From Octopus sinensis (lineage: Eukaryota): DNA of 64,000 nt. Position numbers and translations under genes: made by a program. Below are positions 53,823 through 64,000 of this stretch, one piece after another; position 1 is the stretch's first letter, and each line of letters opens with the position of its first letter. The DNA lies in assembly GCF_006345805.1 (NCBI RefSeq), contig NC_043000.1, positions 121,706,001-121,770,000 of the forward strand, read 5' to 3'. The notes under the pieces are model-generated. The model saw only the letters and a list, made by a program, of their open reading frames with translations. It searched no databases and was not told the DNA's origin.

Positions 53823-53933
53823 CTCTGAGCCGCGGTGGAAGAGATCTCCAGTTTGTACAGGACCAGATACTGTAACACCTTGGGCTTCAGGAGCCCACAC
53901 CCCTTTAAAATCCCTCAAAAATGCCCGACAGAC
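53823..53933 (-). CDS. Candidate internal coding exon (111 nt, phase 0-0), unidentified protein
   Basis: ACACCTTTTAAG| acceptor, GAG|GTATTT donor, clear GC island, only one open frame: VCRAFLRDFKGVWAPEAQGVTVSGPVQTGDLFHRGSE. Confidence 0.55.
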
Positions 53934-56035
53934 CTTAAAAGGTGTGGGTGTAAGTGTGCGTAAAACAAAACTATGCCAGGACATATTTTTCACAGTATTG
54001 ATTATTTTAAGCCTTTGCAGTATAAAGATTTCTAACTTTTACAGGTATATTTTTGAGGTACCAAAGCATAGCGTTAAAATTTATATTCAAGTCTCAGGGA
54101 ATTTTCGGGATCAATAAATTAAGTACCAGACAAACACTTGTACATTTTTCGGGTATAGATAAGGGGGAAGCGGAAATCTTTATGTCATAGAAAACTATAT
54201 TATACTGGTTGTCTTCCGATTACATATGTATATATACACACATAATGTGTGTGGCTGAGTTATTGCATTTACGTGTGTGTTTTCTGAGAGTGATTGTGTA
54301 TATGTGTATCAGTGGGTATAGAGAGAGAGGGGGATGTTGAGAGAAAAAGAGAGAGTGAAAGAGGGAGAGAGAGGGAAAGAGAGATGTTGAAGAGAGAGAC
54401 AAAGAAGAGGAAGACTGTACGCGCGAAGTTTTGTACGGGGGTGTATGCGTGAACGAGTGGCCAGTATATGTGTGTCTATGTGAGCAAGCACGAGTGTATA
54501 TAAGAAACTAATGTGTACGTGTGTATATGTGCATGCCAACAGCTATGAAGTGTGTATGAAGTAACGTGTACCTGTATACTTTTGTGTTTTTATGCGTACG
54601 TATACGTGTGTATGGACGTCTGCATGTGTATGTGTGCGTGTGTGTGGCTATCTAACGTATGTTTATGAAGCCATCAGACTTAGACTTCAATAAGCGCACG
54701 CGTGTATATGAAACTTTGGTGTGTGTGTATATATATATTTTGTGCTTTAAGGTGTATATGCGTGTATACATATATTTGTTTGCGTGTGACATTATAATTT
54801 GTTTATGTGTGACACGTCACAACAATCTCCTCAGTCTTCCTTTTCTCATTTACCATCTTTCTGTCAGTCAGATATCCACTGCACATAAATCTACCTACCC
54901 CTTTTCTCTCACTCTTTACTCGTAGTTGCCCACCCGTCCATTACAACTTCATAAAGTAGCTAGCTAGCTGAATACCAGAGATGAAGGATCGGGGAATTAG
55001 TGATGACGTCGCAAAGCACTTTATTTAGCTTATTCTAAATCGCTTGGAAACATACTCAGCAAAATTTCAGACTAAGAACACTTAAAAGATTTTTCCTTCT
55101 TTTAAGAATATTTTTCCGTCAGATATCCCAATTTTAAAATACAGATTCCAGTTCTGTAGAACATTGCACGCAAATTCAAATCCTTCTATTTTCTCACATT
55201 CTGTTTATAGAAAGCGTAAGACTAAGTGCTCACACACAAAAATATTTCAAATATTAGTTATTAACTCTTAGTCCTTACCTTAAAGTCTAACTCTAAATTC
55301 CCATCATAATCGTATTCCTAGAAGATAAATCCTAATACTAGTCAACAACCTAAACCTAAATCCTAACTTTTAACCTAAAACCGCAAAGCTAGGTCTGTTT
55401 TTATTGTGTATAATCACAATTTCAGATGTTTAGATCGTATACTTCTAGAAAGAATCTCGAAAGCAAAAAGTGTTGCCGACAGGTAAGAACTGTTAAAGTA
55501 AGTGAGGCAAAAGCAACGAAGGTGAAAAATTGCTGTTTGGGACAATGTTTTTACTTAAAACAAGAATTCGAAGATGTTTACCCACCACCACCACCACCAC
55601 CACCAAAAAAATATAAAACATATAAATGTTGTGTGGTTGTGTTTATCTGGAATTTCAACAAACAATATTACAGATGTTTACGATCTAGTTTGGATTCTTT
55701 GCCATCAACTTTGAATGCTTTGCAATCAAATTTGATGGCAAAGAATCTAAACTAGATCGAAAACATCTATATTGGAGCACATGATGTTTCAAACAACGGC
55801 ATCACAGTAGAGCTTCAAAATTTCTGCGAAGAATAAATGTGGATATGTTCTTCCAAGTAAATCTGTGAGGTAACACTCAAGGTGGTTCCCAGCTGTTAAG
55901 AAAATCGTTGGAATAGTTTAGTTCCTTTTGGGTTATCATGCTTTCAGATATGAGTAGAATATGGGAACCAATATTAAGGAAGGATACAAAAACATTACGT
56001 TTATAAGTACTAAAATTCACTCTATAATTGCCCAT

Positions 56036-56230
56036 GGGAATATAGCGTAATGGTTAGGAGCGCAGGCTACAAACCTCAAGATTGCGAGTTCAATTCCTGA
56101 ATGAATAATAATAACATCAGTAAAACCAAGAGTTGGATTCAAAATTCTACCAGATCTGATGAAGGCTGGAGAGTAAATCGTTGTGGTGACAACAAACAAG
56201 ATGAGGACACATATCCGTCAAATATAAATA
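56036..56230 (+). mobile_element. tRNA-derived SINE with (AAT)n spacer and hammerhead-like 3' region
   Basis: A-box TAGCGTAATGG (56043), B-box GAGTTCAATTCC (56086), CTGATGAAGGCT at 56156. Confidence 0.65.
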
Positions 56231-57205
56231 TCGTACGGAATTCCTCATCTCCAAAATATAGAACAATACATACACACAACTGTTAAAATCAGATGACGCA
56301 TAGCCTCGCCGACGTCGGTTTCTTGCGTCTCCACATTCAATCAGACAACGTATGGATGAAGACATGATTTATGTAATGACTGTTAAATAAACTCACAAAA
56401 TAAACAAATTATTCGTAACGATGAAAAGAACCTATAGCAGTCAACAACTGAAAATACTTTTTGTTGTTCCCTTGTTTGTATACACACACTGAGAAGTAGA
56501 CAAATACGGAAGCACAGAAGGAAAGAACATCGGTGAATATTTAAAAGAAATTATGTATGATGAAAAGTTGATGACAAGATTCATTCGCAAGTGAATGTGG
56601 GTTTACAGACGTAGATGTATATAAATTACTGTAATTATTTATCAAGCTTTTTATTGCGTTGAGCAGCAAGTGTTACACCAATTCTTTGTGTCTACATCTG
56701 CTTCTTAACAATATTGTCTTAAACAACTCATAATTAGGTTTCCTAATGAGTTATGGGTCGAAATATTTGGATAGCAATATTTTGCAAGTGGCAAGCATTA
56801 ATTCATGTTCTGGACTTAACAGTCCTTACATCGTATGTCTAGACTCATTAATGCATAGATCTACGTACACACTCATAGATATACACACATACATGTACTG
56901 TATGTGTATGCACATGTGCCCGTGGTTCTGTAAGAGTGCGCACGCGCGTTCGTGAGAGCACGCAGGCGTCCGACATTGATGATCAATCGAAACATTTCTG
57001 CCGTCTGTCGTCTGTATATTTACATTTTCTCTGTTTTCTCACATTTAGTATACATGTATCTTTATCTGTATCATTGTGCATATATCCACAATACATATAT
57101 GTGTGTGTGTCTGTGTGTGAGTAAATATATATAAATAGATACACACACATACACACACGCACACACATATATATATATTTATATATAATATATATATATA
57201 CAATA

Positions 57206-57258
<53 letters not shown>

Positions 57259-57268
57259 GTATATGGAG

Positions 57269-57300
<32 letters not shown>

Positions 57301-58589
57301 GGATAGATAGATAGATACGGTAAGTTTAGAGTGAATACTTGATAAGTGTAAGCACCTGTATATGCCAGATATTGGCAGACGTGAGAGAATATATTAAACA
57401 TGAATTAAAAACAGAATACAAAGGATATCGCGGTATACGTGTTTTAAGCATTATAAACAATTTGTTATTACATCAGTATATTATTGATATAAAAGATGGT
57501 TTAAAGCTCTCTTCAGCCGCAAACATTGTTAGCCCAAAGATTACATCACAAAATAAAAAGTACACGTGGTAGTACCCATTATAATAGGTTTATCATATCT
57601 CTTTGAAAAGGTATCTTTGTAAAGAGGTTCGTTGGATTTCAAAAATCTGCCCATTCTCTTCCACCATTCAGCATAGAATGCTTGTTTCAGTCAAAAGACA
57701 GCAGCCAAGCTGGCACAACGTCTTGGAGAATTTTAGTCAAACGAACCGACGCCAGTACATTTTTCTTAAGACTGGCACTCTGATGTCCTCTTTTGCTGAA
57801 TTGGTATGTTACGGATACGTAAAATCGGAGCAGCAGTTGTCAAACTATAGCGGGGGGGCAAATACAGCGAGACAGATACACCCACATATAGAACTGTCTG
57901 TCTGTCTGTCTGTCTCTCTCTCTATCTCTCTCTCTATCTCGCTCTCTCCCTCTCTCTGAACACACACACATACATATATGTGTATTAATATGTGTATATA
58001 TATATACATATATAAATATATAATATACATATATAAATTTAGAATAATAAGGGTGAAAAATTGAATATTAATTTGATAAATATCAATTTAAAACCAGGGT
58101 CTAGCATATAGAAAATTCTGAAGATTCAGAAAAATTATACTACATTCACATAAGTGAGATGACCAATAAGTGAGCATCCATTATGCTAGAAGACGACACC
58201 ATATGGTCTTACCACTAAGGAAGGAATGTTCCCAAGAAGACTTTTGAAACGTAACCCCAAATGTAATTGGTACAACTATATACATGTTCAATCTCATACG
58301 TACGTTCTGTGTATAGTTCTACAAATTATATTTTGCTATGACGATCACACTGACTAGTTGCAGAGATCTACGTAAGTGATTACGTAAGTAGTAACCACGA
58401 AACCGGATTTGTGATTAATCTGTATATTTTGTATCTTTGTCTTGTTCGCTTACGTTTTGGCGTTTGCATTTCTTTCTTAGTGCTAAGACCATAGGGGATC
58501 GACTTCTAGCATAATGGATGTTCACTAAGTGGTCATCTTTCTTATATGTATATACATATATAAGTATGTGTGTGTGTATGTGTATGTGT

Positions 58590-58725
58590 GTACGACCTGC
58601 TTCTTTCAGTTTTTGCTATCAAATCCATCCACAAGGCTATTGTAGATGACGCTTGTTCAAGGTTCCATGCAGTGGGGCTGAACCTGTAAAAATGAGTTGG
58701 GGGGAGGCACATAGCCGTGCCTGCG
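58590..58725 (-). mobile_element. SINE family A, decayed 5' half
   Basis: TACGACCTGCTTCTTTCAG..AAATCCATCCACAAGGC..GCAGTGGGGCTGAACC. Confidence 0.7.
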
Positions 58726-58986
58726 AATAGATTTCTGCAAACCCAGTTTATCTACACTTAGGCGTTATATACAAATTATTCGTGGACAGAAAGAAACGGA
58801 GCAGGCAGAGTGCGTTCAATCCTGTGCTGGTATTTCTATAATGTACGCCGCTTCACTTTTCAGTGTGATAAATTTTACAAAACCCAAAGCTTAAGTAAGA
58901 CGAATGGATCGATTGGTATAACTAAATGATTTCGACAAGCTAATCCCATTGATATACCTTTTGTGCATTAGTACATATATTGTCGT

Positions 58987-59290
58987 GGAGGTCCAATAGC
59001 TCAGTAGTTAGGGCATCGGACTCGCGGTCGGAGGATCGCGGTTTCGATTCCAAGATCGGGCGTTACGTGTTTTTATTGAGCGAACACACCTAAAAGCTCC
59101 ACGAGACCCCGGCAGGGGTAGGTTACCCCTGTTGTACTCTTTCGCCACAACTTTCTCTCACACTCTTTTCCTGTTTCTTGAGTAATGCTGCAATGGACTG
59201 GCGTCCCGTCCAGCTGGGGAGGACACATACGCCACAGAAATCGGGAAGCTGGGCTCATGAACCTGGCTAGGCTTGAAAAAGGCGCATATA
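58987..59290 (+). mobile_element. tRNA-derived SINE, family D, with V/Meta-SINE-like central domain
   Basis: TAGCTCAGTAGTTAGG A-box, GGTTTCGATTCC B-box, and GCAATGGACTGGCGTCCCGTCCAG domain resembling the conserved V/Meta SINE core (recognition only). Confidence 0.7.
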
Positions 59291-59652
59291 TAAATAAATA
59301 ACACATATTTTCATTGCTACAATGAACAAGAGATTACAGATTTTAGTTATACTCATTTTAGATGAACCTACGTAATAGACAGATGCTAACATCGTATCAT
59401 TATAAACTTTAAATATATGTTTATATAAAACCATAATTCTTATCTGTATCTGATGCTTCTCTTGCGGTTAAAATCTAAAGATTAACTTCAGTAGTATTTT
59501 CTATAATGCTGTATGACTTTCAAACACAGCATTGCCAACGCACTGGTGGCAATGTAACATCCAGCTAGGTGATAAGAATCTGTTATATAAGTAAATCTGT
59601 CTGGCGCTTTTACGAAATGCGTTAAAAGCAGTAGATTTAAAAGCACTGTGTC

Positions 59653-59685
<33 letters not shown>

Positions 59686-60298
59686 GGAGAGATACAGACA
59701 GAAAGAAAGAGAGAAAAACAGAGAGAGAGGAAGAAAGAGAGAGAGGGACTTTTTAAAAGAAGAAGGGATAACCACAGGAAAATAACTGAAGCAGGACGTC
59801 AATATGGGCACTAAATTTACGTATTTGACATCTTACGTCATCAGACACTGAAATTTACACACTGCAGACAAGCGCACAAACAATGCGCGCACACACACAC
59901 AAACACACACACACACACATATATATATATATGTGTGTGTTGTGTGTGCGTATATGTATATAAATGTGTGTGTGTGTCTGGCTGTGCGAAAATTTGGTCA
60001 TATTTTTGGAATGTGCATGTCATTTTTACATATAAATTACACATATTAATCAATGAATATACATATATACATACGTACATACATACATGTATATACGCAC
60101 ACGCACATATATATATATATGTATATACATACATACATGTATATATATATATTTATATATAGAGGGCATTATACATACATGCCAGAATGCATTATACATA
60201 CATGCCAAACGCTAAGAGGGACAATCAGTCATTTCTACCAAAAATATTACTAATCCCACCGAATGCAATTTTTCAAAGTAAGACATTTAAAAATATAG

Positions 60299-60342
60299 AC
60301 CTGTATCACAGTGATTTCATACTTACGTAATCATCAGCAGGC
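60299..60342 (-). ncRNA. Compact type I hammerhead ribozyme motif (left arm)
   Basis: Reverse complement of 60572-60615; TCATCAG 60331-60337, TTTC 60315-60318. Confidence 0.7.
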
Positions 60343-60571
60343 CTGAATGTATTATAAATAAACTTGTTAAGTTTTCCTTATTAAGTAGTTGTCCTTAATT
60401 GCTAAATTTTTATTCCGAAAAAACTTTTCCTCTCCCGAAATGCAATTCATAAAAGTTTGCCATTTACCCGGATGTAATATATATAACCTCACCCATGTGC
60501 TTCGTTGATGTTGATCAGTTAGCTGATCGGCTTAAGCGGGGCAGGGTCGTTGGTTATTATAATACATTCAG

Positions 60572-60615
60572 GCCTGCTGATGATTACGTAAGTATGAAAT
60601 CACTGTGATACAGGT
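60572..60615 (+). ncRNA. Compact type I hammerhead ribozyme motif (right arm)
   Basis: GCCTG CTGATGA T TAC GTAA GTA T GAA ATCACTGTGAT A CAGGT; GUAA (GNRA) loop on helix II, AUA site, cut after 60610. Confidence 0.7.
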
Positions 60616-60805
60616 AATATTTTTTAAATGTCTTACTTTAAAAAATTGCCATTCGGTGGGATTAGTAATATTTTTGGTAGAAATGACTGATTGTCCCTCT
60701 TAGCGTTTGGCATGTATGTATAATGCATTCTGGCATGTATGTATAATGCCCCTATATATAATATAATATGTTCAATAAGAAATAAATTATTTTCGAAATT
60801 TTTTC

Positions 60806-60905
60806 NNNNNNNNNNNNNNNNNNNNNNNNNNNNNNNNNNNNNNNNNNNNNNNNNNNNNNNNNNNNNNNNNNNNNNNNNNNNNNNNNNNNNNNNNNNNNNN
60901 NNNNN
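60806..60905. other. Assembly gap (100 N)
   Basis: Run of N. Confidence 1.
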
Positions 60906-61084
60906 CATTAAAGACCCGTCGTTCCCAGGTCATAGTGCTAGTGCATGTATATATGTGCATATATATGTGTACATATTACATGTACATCTATATATATATA
61001 CATCTACACATAAAATACAAAATACAAAGTTATATATTGATATCACTAGTGATAACAATACTCAAAATATATAACCGACTGGAA

Positions 61085-61368
61085 TTGTTAGCCTGTCTAT
61101 TGTAATTTCGATCAATTGTATCTTGTCCTCTCTCTTGTATAGAAGTGTGGCTACAATCCAGCCTACCTCTACTTCTGGGGGGAGGGGCATTTAAAGTTTT
61201 TTCCGGGATGTCCTATGTCCCAGATATATTGGTAAAATATATTATTGCACTTGCAAGTTCGAGCTGAGTACTCCCTTACACGCTCCGTTGCCTCGAACCT
61301 TGCTTCTATTGTGGCGAATTACCTTCACAGTCGCACCAAGAGATTTTTCGAAGGTGCTTTCTTCCATG
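61085..61368 (-). mobile_element. Second, diverged LINE ORF1-like fragment
   Basis: IEARF..LPIYLGHRTSRKKL*MPLPPEVEVGWIVATLL aligns with ITVQF..FPSYLNRRTTRIRVEGIPPHLEGELITAAVI of the adjacent element. Confidence 0.6.
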
Positions 61369-61369
61369 T

Positions 61370-62990
61370 TATTTCTTTATTACCCACCAGGGGCTACGAA
61401 GAATGCCGGACATAACAAAAACATGGGGGACATAGAACAATATGATTAAATTTATGAGCAAATGAAAATGAAAAAATGATAATATGAAAGCGATGCTAAC
61501 GGCCCTCTCCGCCAGCATCACTTACCTGTCCTTTTGTTTCACTGTCACCTGAATGTTCATTCCCAATACGAAGACCATCCATATCCATTCTTACTCCGAA
61601 AACTGTCCTCCATATATTCCACGAATTCATCGCTCATTCTTGTATCTTTCACCTCCCAATTCTCTCTTTCACACCTCAACCACAAAACTCATCTATATTC
61701 TTCTTTTCCAGCACTGCATATCTGGTCCCATCCATTTCATACCATTCATACTCCTCCATTACCCTTTCAACCTCTTTCTGTTCAGTCACAATATAAATGT
61801 TCGGCCTGGGTTCGTTTCAAACTCTTGTCTGTCTGTATTATATTTTTCTTGTTTTCTTGTTGGAGGGGAGCGGGTGGGTTCACTGTTTGCAGGGGAAGGT
61901 GGGATTCAGAGGGTGCGGGTGGTGTTGGGGTGGGTTGGGGCTTCGCACAGTTTTTTTTTTCTTTCTTTTCTTTTTTTCTTCCTTCTTCCCACTCTTGTTG
62001 CATCTCCTCTTCTTCTGTCGTTTCTTTTTCCTTGGGTTCTCTTTGGTTTCTTCCTCTTTTGGGGCTTCCGCGACGATTTCCTTTTCTTTTTCCTTTGGTG
62101 GGGGAGGGCAGTAGTAGGCTCTTATGTGACCCCTCAGGCCACACTTGTAGCACCTGGGCGCCCTACCCTCCAACCCACACTCTCATAATAATATTTCCAG
62201 TTTTTATACTGTCCGTAAGCTTTTCTATAACTTCCGCCTCCGTCTGTATGTTCATTACTAGTGTGGCACCTCTCACGCCTTCATATTTCATAATGGCGTG
62301 GAGGATGTCCACTTATCTTCATTTCCTTTGATAACCGCAGCCGTTATTAATTCGCCCTCTAGGTGTGGCGGTATTCCTTCCACCCTAATTCTGGTGGTCC
62401 TTCTATTCAAATACGAGGGGAATAAGTAAAACTTTTCTGTACTCACCACCTTGGCTGCTATATTCCTGGCTGCTTTCTCACTTTTAAATTGTACCGTTAT
62501 GGTTCCATATTCTAATCCTTTTGTCATGTACACAATTTCTTCTCCTGTCTGTTTGAAAGCCTCTTCAATTGCTTCCATGTTAATCACTTCCATTTTTCTA
62601 CCTCCATTCATAAATACTTTATATTTAATGGTTCTACGATGGAACCAGTCTCCGCGCCCTGCTAGAGGCAACAGCTCAACCTCTCCGTTCTCCTCCTCCT
62701 TCATGAACTCCTGGAAGTCCGTCAACTTAGCCAGGTCTATCTCTTTTTCTGTTGACTTCTTCGTTATACCTGCGTAGGTGCTTTCCATTTTTTTCACCGC
62801 CAACTCCTCCTCGATGTCGACGAATTTTCAGAGAAATTTCTCCCTTCCATCTCATCCGTTTGGTAGAGGCGGCTCATAGTCGCCTCAGACCGAAAAACGG
62901 CCTCCCGAACAGAAAACGTGCGGCGCACAGAACCAGTGCGACGCGAAACCGCACCAACCGACGTACCAATTCCGCAACCACAATTCACTT
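61370..62990 (-). mobile_element. Non-autonomous LINE derivative encoding only a frameshifted ORF1 (RRM-like + CCHC zinc knuckle; L1/Tx1-like)
   Basis: GC-rich 5' UTR; ORF 62803-62288 (171 aa) continues by frameshift to EGRAPRCYKCGLRGHIRAYYCP and a Lys/Glu-rich tail; no endonuclease or RT before the 3' end GTGGGTAATAAAGAAATA. Confidence 0.75.
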
Positions 62991-63269
62991 TTTGTTCTTT
63001 TTTTCTTTTTTAACCGAATTTTACAGAGCGCAAAGAAAACGCGACCTTTTTTCTCTACATTGTATACTTTATAGACAATCTTTTCTTTAATATAATTTTT
63101 TTATTATCCATCTGGACTATTCCATTTCTGCACGCTAATTTTATTTTTAATTTATTCCCATTCATGTGAAACCACTTATTCAAGTTCAAGTCATTGATGC
63201 AATTTTATACCAATTGCTATTTTTTAAACTTTTGTTATGTTACGATTATATTATACTTTAGTTTGACTT

Positions 63270-63722
63270 TAATTATTACTTACTACATATAATTCAATTG
63301 TTATTATTATTTTTATTCTTAAAGTGAAAGTATCTGCCATAAAATAGAGAAATGTTTTTGTTTCACTTTTAACACGTAATACTGAAATAGTGGAGAATAT
63401 ATGATATTGCTTTGGGCTCGCTCTAGGCAAGAAGTTGAACATTTTTTTGCCCATGAAACTACATTGTTCCTAAGTAAGGCATGTGTAAAATTTGAATGAA
63501 ATTGGTTGTGTAGTTTTCAAGTTTTAGGGAATCGTAGTGGAGAAAATATGATATTGCTGTGAGCTCACCCCAGGCAAAAAGTTAAATGTTTTGTCGATGA
63601 CACTCCCCGGAATCTAAGTAAGGCATGTGTAAAATTTGAATGAATTTGGTGGTATAGTCCTCACGTTTTAGGGAAACACACAAACAGACAGACAGACAAA
63701 CATTCTCAGTTTTATATATATG
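63270..63722 (+). mobile_element. Helitron/Helentron-like non-autonomous element 3' part with two ~147-bp subrepeats
   Basis: TAGTGGAG repeat starts at 63388 and 63535; ends (GACA)n-AACATTCTCAGTTTTATATATA, similar in style to 23608-24004. Confidence 0.6.
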
Positions 63723-63800
63723 TATATATATATATATAGATATATATATATATATGTATATATATATATGTATATATATTTACATACATATATACATTAT

Positions 63801-63831
<31 letters not shown>

Positions 63832-63861
63832 CATATATATATACACACACATATCTATATC

Positions 63862-63911
<50 letters not shown>

Positions 63912-64000
63912 TATATATATATATATGCATATATATATATATATACATATTTGACAAATAAACACACGCATTATATATTCGTTCTTCACACTTATTCACA

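Larger units (their letters stand above)
60164..60751. mobile_element. Inverted-repeat element with ~194-bp arms, one hammerhead per arm
   Basis: Arms 60164-60357 and 60557-60751 (several mismatches), 199-bp spacer, 23-nt tandem duplication at arm ends, TA-rich tracts on both sides. Confidence 0.9.

Noticed and set aside
56036-56100. Possible tRNA gene (also 58987-59055)
   Set aside because: Acceptor stem does not close and each continues into a repeat body; SINE heads.
59810-59850. Minus-strand CTGATGA with TACGTA palindrome
   Set aside because: GAAA is absent and helix I strands do not match.
61534-62331. 265-aa and 211-aa plus-strand ORFs
   Set aside because: Antisense shadows of the purine-rich ORF1 on the minus strand.

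Overview
Strongly AT-rich eukaryotic DNA, dense in (TA)n/(CA)n/(GATA)n microsatellites and repeats, with one 100-N gap (60806-60905). The SINE families and microsatellite load resemble an octopus (coleoid cephalopod) genome; this is an inference. No complete protein-coding gene is visible. There are a few candidate isolated exons (best: 53823-53933 and 18798-18862, minus strand) amid decayed transposons: mariner, Tc1, hAT, Helitron-like, Gypsy, RTE, REL-endonuclease LINEs and several tRNA-derived SINEs. The main discovery is a set of non-coding elements carrying type I hammerhead ribozyme (HHR) motifs. A 472-nt unit is tandemly repeated and partly inverted at 43783-45488 with three HHR copies, as expected for a retrozyme or Penelope pLTR array. 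Two unrelated inverted-repeat elements (46985-47568, 60164-60751) carry one HHR in each arm. All three are head-to-head with 3' ends pointing outward, mostly into (TA)n tracts, and have palindromic or near-palindromic helix III and a non-canonical base of helix II. More degenerate HHR-like motifs are scattered through the window. A second notable item is an ORF1-only LINE derivative (61370-62990) whose 3' tail matches that of a SINE family forming 184-bp multimers. All ribozyme calls are from manual folding and are untested.
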